Notes: a model not told the origin generated them from the sequence alone. 64,000 bases of DNA from Heterodontus francisci (GCF_036365525.1 NC_090404.1:7068001-7132000); one strand, 5' to 3'. Shown: positions 37,148 to 50,387, counted from the first letter of the stretch. A program made the numbers and translations.

Positions 37148-40100
37148 GTAAGGAGAAAGCTCTAAAAAAAAAGCTCTCATTCAGTAACTGTTTTGTTTGT
37201 GTTTTATTTTATATTTCTGTCTATTTTAATGATGCATTGGTTCACTGAAATGTGGATTCGGTGGATTCTGTATTGAGATCTGTTGCAATGTTTTCTGTGA
37301 TTCTGCTGCAAAGGGATGAAAGATTTTAATGGCTTCTCCAAATCGGTGTTGTTGAGGGTTTCAGTTCCTGATTGATGTGATTTGGTGTACATTTGCTGAT
37401 GTGACTGTGTGTCTGGGCGACTTTAAATATCTAATTGCTGTTAAACCTTATGACGTTTCTACATTGTTTAATCTCGATGACATCTAGCTGCTGCAGGTTT
37501 TCCGAACGAACACAAACAATAAGTTTGAAATATGTTTCAAATAAGTTTATAGGCTGAAAGTTTCAGAGGTCACAAATAGCCTTACTATATTTTCATCTTT
37601 TACTGTTTGTGGTAATTTAAAAATTTTCATCTATCAATCTACTGCTCACGAATGCTCATATGTGACACAATACATTTTGATGTAATTAAGTACTGCATAA
37701 ATAACAAGTTTGCTGCTTTAGTCAGATTTACATGAATATAACCTCATTTATTATAATGCAGTGATATGAGCCAATATCAATTAAAATGCTATAGCATCAA
37801 TATTAATTTATGAAACATGTTCTTTGTACCAGTAATTCTGCTGCCATTGTTTTATATATCTCGTAATTCAGAGGCAGGCGGACTCGGCGGATTCTGCATT
37901 GAGATTTTTTTTTTTTTTTGCAGTTTTGTATTTGATTCTGCTGCAAGTGTTTGTGGAATTCAGCTGCTTCTCCATGAAAAGTACTGAGGCGGGATTCAGC
38001 CCCTCAGTGATGTGAGTTGGGTTTTACCTGCTGAGGAGAGTGTGTGTCTGTGTTCCAAAGGAAAATTTGTGAAGCTGGCGTTTCTGCTTTGTGACATTGA
38101 GCGGCTGTCGGATTTCTAATCGAATGGAGACATTTTACCTGTTCAAAACGAAAGGCAATTTTATCAGGAAAACTGCCAGGTTTCAGAAATGAAAAAAAAA
38201 CGCTTTAAGATTTTTCAAGGCATTTTTTAACTTTAATAACAGGTTTATCTATTAAACCATGGTTTGCGACGCTCTTTCAGTACGTGAAATGTTATTGCAA
38301 ATACAAACTGCATACGCAGCAAGTTTGCAGATTGGAGAGTGAAATGAATGCAATTCAAATAATTATAATGCGACAATATCTCCACATATAAACCAAATAT
38401 GCTTTAATATTAACATCGATTCATTATTCATTAAACTACTTTTACAATTCTGGCGTGCCACGCACATAATTACCATGACCAGAGCATTTTATGGGCTGGA
38501 GACAATTTTTAATTTATGCTTGAAATGATTGCAATAAGAGTGTACTTATTCCAGTGCTCTGTTCAGTTTGATGAGCGCTTTTGAATTAATTGTTATATTC
38601 CTGATTAAAACAGAGGAATGGCAGCTTGTATTTACTCATAACTTAAATAGGAGTTGTAAATTGCAGTGTGTCTGTGCAATATATCTGTCTGGTTATTACA
38701 TTCTTTGCGTGCAGCCCAAACTATGTTCTTCCTTAAATGTCATTTGTTGTTGCATAGCGCGATAATTATCACTGATCTAATATTAACCATTTTCCTGAGA
38801 CAAGAAGTCGCTGGCAGTCAACGAATTGTTCACATGATTTTATTTAAATTGAAGAAACTTGCAGACTGCATCAGGCTAGAGCCAAACAAATAACACGTTG
38901 ATGTTCAAGCAGATTCAATTAATTACACAAGGTTAATGTTATTTTTGAATTCAATAACAGCATCTTGTCTCTTACAGCTGTCCGGCTCACAGGATAGAAT
39001 TATAGGCAAAGGATAGTGTATACATGACAGTTATGCCTAATTGTTATTAAATATTAAATTGGTCAACAAAATCTCGGCTACATTTGAACATTAAATTTCA
39101 AATGTCGCAGATGATCTGAAGAATTGTTTTCGTCTATTTTACAGTGATCGTTTTGGAGCTTCCTTCAACAAAAAAGCACAATATATTTAACAATTAATGT
39201 ACAGGTATTGTCTGAACCACGGGAGTAAAATATAAAAACATTGTGTCATTAAATAGTGGCAGCACCGTCACTGATCGCAAACTGCCCAGATGTTTTTGAT
39301 TTTTTTCTCATATGGTTAAGATTTATGACAATATTTAAACACGAGAGTCCTGCTTTCACAAACAGGCGATATTACAGCCCATGGACAGTTAGTGAGATGT
39401 GACCCTGGACAGGCTTGAAACTATTTAAAATATTCCACTCTTAAATCCATCGTGTGAAATACACGCTGAGAATTGACGGAGTTTATGATATATCAACACA
39501 TTCAGATACGTGTGCAGTTGCAAGGTTGTAGATAGAAAGCAGGGCGGGACTAAATTTATTGTTCATTTTAAATTATGGAACTATGATTCGAATTAAGTAA
39601 AAGTAATATATTTGTCTGAATAGTTTCATCTATTAATATGAAGTTTATTATTTAATATTGATTAAGGGTCATAATAATTTAATTAAAACCCCAATATTTC
39701 ACAAGGTGCCAGGCAGAAACTGGTCTTGAATTAATATTAACTCATGTTTACAAACATAGTATTAAATCAGCTAACATGAAAATTAACCAAGAATATAATA
39801 ATGCTGATTCATTAAACATAAATGACCTCCCACAATTGAATAGCATAATTGCCAAGAATCCAATGAGTGCAAAATCTCAAGGGCCGGAGAGAGTTGTGAA
39901 TTACATCTGAAAGTAATTTAGAGAACAATACATTTCTTACTTAGCTGTTCTCGGCTCGATAAGGTGTCACCACAGATTTTAATGAATTAACTTTGTGCAT
40001 TGCTTCAAATCTTTTTGGTAACATTTAATTCTGAAATTGTATCAAACCAGTGGATAATCGGTTTGCAAGTTAAACGTCTCTTGATTTTCTAAATTCTTTC

Positions 40101-43065
40101 TCTGTCACTGAGTTCCTGTTGCAGACATCAAATTTCCCTGAATGTGAATTGTTTTGATGAACTCATTATAAGGGAAACTATATCTCACATATTTTCAAGA
40201 TTGCAAACAGACAGCGAGAGACAGTTGAAGGTTGAAGGGAGCTTTTGAAATGAATATCAGTTTAATCTCAAAGAGTTTACAGACTTGGACTGATCACAAT
40301 TTGATAATTGATAAATTAGACTCAAACAACTTAATTGAAATTGACAGACTGAACAGATCTGTCTGCTGAGAGCCTGATTCTTGCACCGTTTATGCCTGTT
40401 CTGTTTCTGTGCACCTGCTCACTGTGTCAGGACGAGGAGTCCTCCCTGCAGGTTGGAAACAGTCTCGTTCGTTCTCTTGCATTTTAAGGAATGCAACTTG
40501 ATCCATTTATTTCAGAAACTTGCACCTGTCAGAAACCTGAAATTCTGACTTTAAGTTTGACAAGGCGCCTCAGCAATGAGATCAGTATTCCAGTCTGTGA
40601 CAATCAGTAATAACTGTTCAGAGACACGACAGACGGACTGTGAAAGGACATTTGGTCAGTTGGTAATCTGTACTGCACCTCCCTTGCGTGAGTTTGATTT
40701 GGCAATGTAGAGGAAGATTTGCTGTATATTTAATCCATGTTATAGCTGTCCTGGGATGATGAGATAGTGTAGAGGGAGCTTTATTTTATATTAAACCTGT
40801 CCTGTACCTGACCCAGAGTGACAGTGCAGTATGGAGGTGGCTTTCCACGGAATAAAGCACTTGCGATGTCTGACCTTACAGCTCATGATAGGGCCATATA
40901 GAGGGATCTTTGCAGCTTAACTGTCCTGAAACCTGACCTGAGAATGTTTTACGCACAGTGTTTAAGGAATCTCAACCTGCATCGAACTAATAAACTGTGA
41001 GTTCTCGACCCAGATATTTGAAAATAAATTGTTCCATTGCCCAGATTAAACAACGCACATTAATTGATTCTAACATTTATTCAAACCTAAATTTTAATGA
41101 ATTAATAATTTTTAAACATGTTAAGTGTCTGATAATTATTGAATGAGATTGGTCTGATTTTTAGCGCACTTTCAGAACAAACAGTTTCAGGAAGTGACAG
41201 CAACGCTCCAGAGAGCAGCGCCTGTTCTGATCTGATGGGAAGCTGGAAGTTCTTTTGGCGATTTAAATGGAGAAAAGTCGAGACTCCAGCTCCAAATAAC
41301 CATCATGATAATCTCTTGTTTAAACCAGTATTTCGTTCAAGTATGTTCAAAAGCGAATAGGCAGTGATAAACTCTGGTGAGATGTAGTTACTGTACTGGG
41401 TCACAGCAGAGGGTACAAAGCCGCTGAAGTAAGATTTTGTGAAACTTTTGAAGCGATACAGTTAGCCTGCAATCAATGTCAATCACAATAAGATTTAAGT
41501 CTCTGACAGTATCTGATTGACTCATTTGTATTAAATCCCTCAGATCCTCTTATTTTAAAAATCCTCTTTCATTGTAACAAGCAGTAAAATATATGTCACG
41601 GAGATATTCAAAATTATGAAGCCTTTCCTCCCATTAAATTGATAAGAACTAATTCTACTGAGTCGGGTAGAATCATAGAATCTTCTCGCATGTAATGTGA
41701 CCATTCAGCCTGTCATACCTGTGTTCACTCTCAAAGAGCTCTTCAATTTAATCTTACAAGCCAGCTTTTTCGTCATAACCATGCAAGTTAGACTGCTTCG
41801 AGGATATGTCCGGTTGCCTTGTGCACTCCAGATGCACTTGCAGGGAGCCTGCACGGACACGATGGGTCGAATGGCCTCGTTTTGTGCTGTAGCCATTCTA
41901 TGGTTCTAAGAAAAACACCCTCTGTCTAGAAAGATACCTCCTTCTGCAGCCACTACCCTGCCCACTGCCCACACTCCATTTGGTTTTGCCAATTATTTAT
42001 TTTTGTTACTGACCCACTTGCCAGAGAAAACAATTTCTCCTTATCTGCTATATCAAAACATCCCATAATTTTGAATGCACTTATTAGATAACCACTGAAG
42101 GAGAACAATTCGGCTTGTATAATCGCTGGTGTAGGTGTTTTGAATAATGAATGTTTTTTACAGAAATTCAGAAACCAATTTCCCCAGCTCAGTGAGTTGG
42201 TCTGTAGAGGGCACTGATTTAAAATCAGCGTCAAATGAATGAAGGAAGAGGGTGTGAATCTACGTTTCTACACAGGGGGTTGTTAGGATCTGGGATGTCC
42301 TATCAGAAAGAGAGTTTTAAACAGGATCCAAAATAGCCAGATAAAATGGCACTTTTGAAAAGAAGATTAGGAATTGGAAGGTGAGCAGGATCGCTGGAGT
42401 GATCTTTCACAGGCTTGATGGACAGAATGGCCTCCTTCTCTGCATCATTTCTGTTATTTTATAATCCTGGGTCATGAACAGCCTAAAGATGCTCTATTGT
42501 CACTGCAGGATTTCATGGGAAAATCATGGATTTACTTTGCCTGGTAGTGTAGTTTCATGTCTTAAGCTAATTTTATAAGCACGCATTGCAATGGCACTTT
42601 TTAAGAGTAGTCGCTATTTTGTGGGGGCGGGGGAGGGTGCTTGGGGTGGGGAGGGGGTGGAAGGGTGAGGGAACCCAGCAGTCAATTTTCAGAGAGCACA
42701 TTTTCAAAAACTACAATTAACAAATACCTAGTGTTTTATTTTTGGACAAAGTTCTGTATGGATAGAAATGCATACTGTCTGAAATAGCGAAGAAACTCCT
42801 CTTTCAGTTTATGCCAATGAAAGGTACTTCATTGAGATGATTTCAAAAGGCTTTTACTTTAGTATTGTGACAGGTCCTGAAAGAGAGGTGTTTTCCTGAC
42901 CAGGGAGCCGGCATGTGATGATCACCAAATGACGAACTGATGGAAGCTCAAAGGATTTAATCGGAAAATATTGGACTCTAGATGGAGTCAAATTCGGAGA
43001 TGTCTGGTTATTTAATAATCATGAATCACAGAGTCCAACTTCTTCAATCTGGCATTCTTTCCCAG

Positions 43066-43362
43066 CGACACCGTCTCCCCCAACCCTTTACGGCCTATGC
43101 TCCTGTGCACAAGCCAACACCGGTGGCTCCGTGGCCTATGGCTGTTTGGCGATGGACTAGATCCCCCAAATCACCAGCGTTTCCTGGAAGAAAGATAAAG
43201 AGCCGATCACCACTGGATTGAAGATTTACCCGTCAGTGCTCAACAAGAAGGGAACCTACACCCTGAGCAGCCAGTTAACCATCACCGAGTCAGAGGTGGG
43301 AAGCAGCAAAATCTACTGCGAGGTTCGACGCGGAGAGTCGCTCTGGATCAAGGAAATTCCAG
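43066..43362 (+). pseudogene. IGHM: Cmu1 exon with nonsense codon
   Basis: [101 protein letters not shown] at 43158. Flanks are cccag and gttagt. Confidence 0.94.
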
Positions 43363-43574
43363 GTTAGTGTTGTGGAAACTGTGGAAAAACATAAAAGCTA
43401 TAGTGATCTTGTGTAGAGCTTTGGCTTTACGACATTTAGGGTATTGTGCACTGTTCTGATGCCAGGAAACTCCAGTTAGTATCTGCGTGACAACAAATAA
43501 CCTGTTAAAATAAAAGAACAGTTTGGATAAGTTATTAATGTCTTCGAGAAATATCTAACATGTTTTTCTTCAAG

Positions 43575-43892
43575 ATTGCAAAGGTGACATCGTCCATCCA
43601 ACTGTTATCCTCACCCAGAGTTCCAGTGAAGAAATCACAAGCAGCAGATTTGCAACTGTCTTGTGTTCAATCATCGATTTCCAGCCAGAGTCAATAACCG
43701 TGAGTTGGTTGAAGGATGGACAACCCATGGATTCGGGCTTCGCCACCTCTCCCGCCTGTGAAGTGAACGGGAACTTCTCGGCGACCAGTCGGCTGACTGT
43801 CCCCGCTGGGGGATGGTTCACCAACACGGTCTATACCTGCCAGGTCTCCCATCAAGAGGTCACCCAAAGCCGAAACATCACCGGATCTCAGG
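43575..43892 (+). pseudogene. IGHM: Cmu2 exon (frame open)
   Basis: [49 protein letters not shown]...[20 protein letters not shown]. Flanks are caag and gtaaga. Confidence 0.94.
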
Positions 43893-44619
43893 GTAAGAGA
43901 CACAAACCGAGAAAACTCCAGATCATACTGTTCTCTGATGAATATCAAATTGAACAATTTATTGGAGTCAGTACAAAGCACTGAATATTTTTCCAATTCG
44001 CCATCGTGCCTCATTCCGCTGTGAGTGCTGAATTAGAATTGCTCACGGTTCAACATGTCATCACATCTCCAAAGAATGGCTCCCTCTGCTTTGATGTCAT
44101 ATAGTGAGTCAGGTGGCCTTGCTTTCAGTTTTATCGTGATTTGGCCGATCATATTCAGAGCGGCAATAGGTGTCTGGAACTCTTTACTGTTCACAACCTC
44201 GGGATCAAGTGCCAGAAAGAGCATCTTCCCTATTTAGAAAACTGTGTTCAATTCAGGACTCATGAGCTCAGGAAGGATATATTGTCATTGGGAGTGATGC
44301 AACACAAATTGAGTAGAATGATAGCGGGGCTGAACGGGTTAAATAAGAGGACAGGTTTCATTGACCAAACTGGTATTCCTTTGTGTATAGAAGATTAAAG
44401 GGTGATCTACTTGAGGTGTTTAAGATGTTTACTGGAATTGATGGAGTCGAAGGCATAAACTTCAAATTAGACTAAGGTCATTCAAGGATGATATCAGGAA
44501 AGTTATTCACACAGTGGGTAGCGGAAATCTGGAATTCTCTTCCTCAACTCGCTCTTGAAGTATGTCATCAATTCAAAATTTTCATGTCGAGATTGACAGT
44601 TTAGAGTTCGGCAAGGGTA

Positions 44620-44915
44620 TTTTTATTTAGAGATACAGCACTGCAACAGGCCCTTCGGCACACCATGTCTGCGCCAACCAACAATCACCCTATTTATACT
44701 AACCCGACTTTCCCTACCACCTACCTACACTAGGCGCAATTTACAATGGCCAGTTTACTTATCACCTGCAAGTTTTTGGCTGTGGGAGGAAACCGGAGCA
44801 CCAACACATTCACAGGGAGAGCTGCCAAACTCCGCAAAGGTAGTGTCGAACCCAGAATCGAACCCACGTCGTTGGGACTGTGAGGCTGCGGAGCTAACCA
44901 CGGTGCTATCGGTGG
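44620..44915 (-). mobile_element. V-SINE (HE1-like) in the CH2-CH3 intron, nested in a CR1 fragment (about 44235-45000)
   Basis: tRNA-like head (gtggttag...ggttcga), V-domain and tail. Confidence 0.75.
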
Positions 44916-45740
44916 ACGGTTTTAAGGTACAGATCAGCCAGTGTCCACTTGGATGGCTGAGCAGGCTCAAGGGCCAAATGGCCTGTTCTTTTTCTTCTGT
45001 TTCTATTACTGCCCTCTAGTCACATGGTCTTCTGACTCCAGACTGACATATGAGGAGTTCTCACTCATGACATACATCAGAAAACTGCCTTTCACCGTTA
45101 TTGCTAATTATTCCCCACCTCAAAAAGATTCCACAGAATTGCACTTTCCCGGCTTTTGCCCCTCCTCTGATTGGTTGCTGCATATTTTCATCCTCCCAAA
45201 TATCGTGAGAAGGCGCTGGAAAATTAACGTTCTTCCCTGTTGGGTCTAAAATCCGGAATTCCATTTGACACTCGTTTTGAGCCAGTATGAATTCTATGTC
45301 TAGCTCGTGTCCTTGGGTGACAGGTGCGTTATATTCAGCGGAGATGTGATCGGGTGCAAGGATCAATGGACGGGCAGAAATACGAACATGCGAGCTTACG
45401 AGTTAGCAGTAGTAAGCCACTCGGCCCTTCTAGCCTGCTCCACCAGGGATTTCGGGAAGAACTTTATTCAGTGCGGACGCAATTTCTCACTCAATTATTC
45501 GATTTTTAAGCCGGGTAATTGCTTCAAAGCCCATTGCAGGCTTCTTAGTGTGCAAGTACGCAGTATATGTTATAGAATCTCCCGGAAGCTTTTTCCGGTT
45601 GTTGTCCTTCCAATAAAGTGTAATATGTAAGTTACAGCTTGAGGTTGATATCTCGAAATTGATTTATTTTCCTAGAGGCTGTATACAGGTGTCTGATTCT
45701 GAAGATGAATCTTTGATTTATTTCCATTTCTGTTTTACAG

Positions 45741-46049
45741 TTCCTTGCTCCTGCAATGATCCAGTAATTAAAGTACTGCCGCCATCAATAGAACAGGTCT
45801 TACTGGAGGCGACGGTGACGTTGACCTGCGTCGTGTCTCATGCTCCTTATGGCATCAACGTGTCCTGGACACAAGAAGAGAAGCCTTTGATATCTGAGAT
45901 TGCCGTCCAACCAGGAGAGGATCCCGACAGCGTGATCAGCAGCGTAAACATCTCGGCACAATCCTGGCTGAGTGGGGCTGTGTTCAACTGCGTGGTGAGC
46001 CATCAGGATCTGCCTACTCCTCTCAGAGATTCTATCCGCAAGGAAGAAG
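45741..46049 (+). pseudogene. IGHM: Cmu3 exon (frame open)
   Basis: [43 protein letters not shown]...[22 protein letters not shown]. Flanks are tacag and gtgagc. Confidence 0.94.
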
Positions 46050-46527
46050 GTGAGCGGTGAGATTGAAGCAATAAGTGAGAGGTTGCCCCTATTTCTTGTG
46101 ATTGTGAAAGGGAAAATTCTTCTTAACAAGTGCTCCAATGAACAACCCCAATAATTTAATTGTAATTCTACGAACGGAGTCCTCTGGAATCAGAGGTGAT
46201 GCATCTCAGGGGAAGTTAAATAGCAGATGAGAGAGAAATGATAGAAGGAGGAGAAGGAGTATTGGGTGCAGCATAAGAAATTGTACAGGCTAGCTGCGCA
46301 GAGGGGTCTTTTCCTGTGCTGTAAATTCTATGCAATTCCCCAGTGTAATAGCTTCGGTTCTCAGCGAGAAGGATTTGCTCCAGAGTGGAAAACAGGACAG
46401 GCCCCAGTGGGGAAAAGGAAAACCGTTAAAATCCAGCACAAAGCACTATTCCTATCACATCTAACCACCAGTTTTATTCTCTCTGGAATTCTCCAGTTTA
46501 TTGACATTTATTTTAATTTTTCTGCAG

Positions 46528-46918
46528 ATAAAGATCTGCAGGACCCTTCCGTGTCTGTCCTCCTGCCCCCGGCAGACGAAGTCTCCACTCAGAGATTCCT
46601 CTCCCTCACCTGCTCAGTGAGAGGTTTCTCCCCCAAGGAGATCTTCGTCAAGTGGACCGTCAATGACAAGTCGGTGAATCCCGGCAACTACAAAAACACC
46701 GAGGTGATGGGGAGAACGACAATAGCTCCTTCTTCATCTACAGCCTGTTATCCATTGCAGCGGAGGAGTGGACCAGCGGCGCTTCTTACTCCTGTGTGGT
46801 GGGACATGAAGCGATCCCCTTGAAGATCATCAACAGAACAGTTAATAAATCCAGCGGTAAACCGAGTTTTGTGAACATTTCCCTTGCACTGTTGGACACT
46901 GTCAATTCATGTCAATGA
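46528..46918 (+). pseudogene. IGHM: Cmu4 exon plus secretory tailpiece, frameshifted
   Basis: [43 protein letters not shown]...TEVM, then a -1 shift at about 46710, then [48 protein letters not shown]. Internal donor G|GTAAA at 46856/46857. Tail [20 protein letters not shown] has an N-glycan site and a penultimate Cys. Confidence 0.94.
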
Positions 46919-47984
46919 GAATCTCTCGATTGCATTTCAATCTTAAATACCTGTTCTTCCAATCGCGATTTAAATACACAACCGCTTAGTTATTTTTGCT
47001 TGCCACATTTGCTAAGTGTAGGTCAATTCATCTAAAGTAGGATATTTGCAGATCTCGGGCTCAAGTCTTTTAGAACCAGTGCTCCCAGATACACCACAGG
47101 TTGGCTGCAGAGCAAAGCTAATTCATTAGAGGATTCCGTTGAGTTACTTCGGCAACGTTTCCCCTGCTGGGGGAGGTCTGAATTTTTCCCTTCTCTAACA
47201 AACAAACGCAGGCATTTAGATCACAGTATCTCTGTTTCCCGTGTTGTCAGCCCCTTGAGAATTGGTGTCAGTTTTAAATTACAGCATAAGAAGCACTGGG
47301 AACTGAAGGGAGGGGCACACACCAACACCAAGTATACCAAAATCTCCCATCAGAAAGAGGGAAAAAGGCGATTTATTAACTCACTGTATCCCTACTTTCT
47401 CAACATAAAGAAAGGAAAAGAACAATTGCTGTTCCATTGTAGCTCCACTTCTCCAATCGAGAGAAGGGAAAGGCAGTTGTCGCCCCTCTCCCCAATTTCT
47501 ACAACAGAGAAAGGAGCAAAGCCATTTGTTAACCCACTATACTCCCACTCCCCGGATGGAGACATGAGAAGACAACTGCTCTCTATTAGATGGACTCAGT
47601 TGCCATCGGTGCAAAGTCTGCTTCTAGTTCATTGTGCGAATGTTCAAACGTTCCACATGAGAATCATATTGTAAAATATATATGCATGCAATATAATATT
47701 TTTAAACACTTCCTTGTTAATCTTATGCGACCAGATTGAATTCTAATCGTCCAAATCTGATTGTTGATCGAATCCTCCTCTGTTTTTTTCACGCTTGTGT
47801 TCCTGATGTTTCTGGGGCCCATCAGTTGTATTGCTGCGTGCATTCAGCTGATGTTATGTTGTATCTTGCACAGAATACATTTATGCACAGAACAGTGAAG
47901 AATATTCTTTACAATACACACTGTCAAGGCCATGCTCGGATATTGGTTCTCAGTGGAACTTTGAAAAATAATAAAAATGCATTG

Positions 47985-49510
47985 GCACACGGACACAAAC
48001 ACACACATAAACACACTCGCATGCACAAATACACACATACAGCGACACACACGAACAGACCCAAACGCTGAAAGAAATGCTCCCACAGTCATACACACAA
48101 ACATAAACATAAGCACACACAAAGAACAAGAACAAAGAACAAAGATAATTACAGCACAGGAACAGGCCCTTCGGCCCTCCAAGCCTGCGCCGATCCAGAT
48201 CCTCTCTCTAAACATGTCGCCTATTTTCTAAGCTTCTGTATCTCTTTTCTTCCTGCCCATTCATGTATCTGTCTAGATACATCTTAAAAGACTCCATCGT
48301 GCCCGCATCTACCACCTCCGCTGGCAATGCGTTCCAGGTGCCCACTACCCTCTGCGTAAAGAACACGTTAGTACAGTCTCACGCACAACGAAATCTAGAC
48401 ATAAAAGCATACACTAGGATACACATTAATACATATACATGGACGCACATGCTCGCAGATTAACAGATTCACACACACACACATAAGCACTTAGATAAAT
48501 AGACACATTAACACACTCACTCATACACACATAATCACCAACATCAATATGCTGACACACATGGATACACAAACACACACATGAACACATACAATATCAC
48601 AAATGTGCACATACTCACACATTAACACACACATTAATACATAGTTATTACAAAGCACTGAATATTTTTCCAATTCGCCATTGTGCCTCATTTTTTTTTG
48701 CGAGGAGCAGCTTTGACAGAACGAGATGCGGAGCGAACTTGCAGCTGAGCGGTCAATTTCAGTAAGTTACAAATCAATCCCCTTTTGTTTCGGAGGACCA
48801 GGGGACTGCTGGGTAAGGGAAAACTATTTATTTGGGCAGTTTTAAAATCTTTTTCTTTTTGCGAGGAGCAGCTTTGACAGAACGAGGTGCGGAGCGAACT
48901 TACAGCTGAGCGGTCAATTTCAGTAAGTTACAAGTTAATCCCCTTTTGTTTCGGAGGACCAGGGGACTGCTGGGTAAGGCACATACTCACACATTAACAC
49001 ACACATTAATACATAAATGTCGTTATCAACACGTAAATTTACACATTATTACAATTCTAGGGGCACACACACACACACATAAAGAAACACATCACCTATG
49101 CATGCACTTATATTGACACGTATAAACACATTAACTCACAGGGACACATTAACGCAACCATCAACACAAAAACACGGATTACCAAACTCATCGGGACACA
49201 AACACACACATAAACAAATATTAACATGCTCAGGCACGTATGGACAGATCGACAAAACACACACAGACTGTCACTTGAATACACACTTCAATGCACATTG
49301 GCACATTAACATCCATTACCATACATGGACACATAGACACAGCAGCAACATATAAACAAGCTCATTAATATACTCACACTTGTGTACACAAACAAACAAC
49401 TGAACACTTTCATTAATACTCACACAAACGCACACATGGATACGCAAACACAGTGTAATGAAAAGCAAGAGATACTCATGCCCAGATACACAAACACTCA
49501 AGTGCACAAA
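47985..49510 (+). repeat. Degenerate (CA)-rich tract in the CH4-TM1 intron
   Basis: ACAC-rich low complexity that hosts two insertions. Confidence 0.8.
48121..48365 (-). mobile_element. Short CR1 3' end in the CH4-TM1 intron
   Basis: (AAAGAAC)n tail and ASTTSAGNAFQ antisense motif; similar to 29550-29780. Confidence 0.85.
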
Positions 49511-50106
49511 TAAAAAGGCCAGATTACAGGCAAGAGCATTATTCAAATGCACTGTTTCAACAGACACCGTCTCCAACAATTTCCCTCATACATTTTGGAC
49601 CTGCAATCACAATGAAGTAATATTCTCAAAGAAACTGCGATAAATTGATGATTTCCCAACTACTTTCATGAGAAATAAACAAACAAGATTGGAATTCACA
49701 TCCGATCCCTTACTCAACACCACTGACAATCTCCAAGTAAGTAACTGTCTGATCCCTATCTTCAAAATAATTGTTATCGATCTGTAAACCTCCCTCGTTA
49801 TCTTCTCGTATTCCCTAATGATGGAACGAAATTGATGCAAAATAAAATAGAGCCTGACACTAAAGAAAAAAGAAACTGACACGTTTTCCAACACGGCCTG
49901 CATGAGGATGATAAAAGAAGAACGGCTGTGGATTTAATAAGAGAGAGAGATTGCTGAGCATGAATAACAACAATAAATAAGCATTGACAATTAAATTAAA
50001 GAACAAAATAACAGCTGAAGGAAGAGAACTCCAAATACAAAGTAACAATCTTAGATCCTGGAGTGATAAATCATCGAAATACATTTTCTCCTCTACATCT
50101 GCGTAG

Positions 50107-50234
50107 ATTCCTCAGACCACATCTGGATTGAAGACAATGAGGAAAAGAGCGGCAACATCTGGAGAACCGCTTCCACATTCATCATCCTGTTCTTCCTGAG
50201 CATTTTCTACAGTGCTGCCGTCACTCTGGTGAAG
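50107..50234 (+). pseudogene. IGHM: IgM TM1 exon
   Basis: DSSDHIWIEDNEEKSGNIWRTASTFIILFFLSIFYSAAVTLVK, a conserved antigen-receptor TM pattern. The donor reads AAG|TTGAGA instead of GT. Confidence 0.92.
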
Positions 50235-50378
50235 TTGAGAATATTCAATCCACTCACACTTCAATTTGACTGAAGCTGTTTGACAAATCTCGAAAAGTTT
50301 CATAGATTTAAAAAATAGTCTGAGATAAATATCCAGACCACGAAACCTCTGCTTCATTCTTTTATCCCTCTTTTACAG

Positions 50379-50387
50379 GTCAAGTGA
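50379..50387 (+). pseudogene. IGHM: IgM TM2 coding part (VK*)
   Basis: Polypyrimidine tract + ttacag|GTC AAG TGA, which completes the KVK cytoplasmic tail. Confidence 0.88.

Larger units (their letters stand above)
36232..50387 (+). pseudogene. IGHM: Shark-type IgM heavy-chain minicluster, L-V(D)-J-CH1-CH4-sec-TM1-TM2, partially germline-joined (VD-J), inactivated
   Basis: All exons were found and translated by hand, with AG/GT boundaries except the TM1 donor. Lesions: TGA 36527-36529, TAG 43158-43160, 1-nt deletion at about 46710, TM1 donor GT>TT at 50235. Confidence 0.95.

Noticed and set aside
41403-41416. CTCF-like ACAGCAGAGGGTAC in the J-C intron
   Set aside because: Two core mismatches; expected by chance.
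44820-44915. tRNA gene
   Set aside because: It is the tRNA-derived head of a V-SINE and has no full cloverleaf.
46844-46849. AATAAA as the secretory poly(A) signal
   Set aside because: It lies inside CH4 coding sequence (Asn-Lys). Only an AATACA variant (about 46973) is seen downstream, which is too weak to call.
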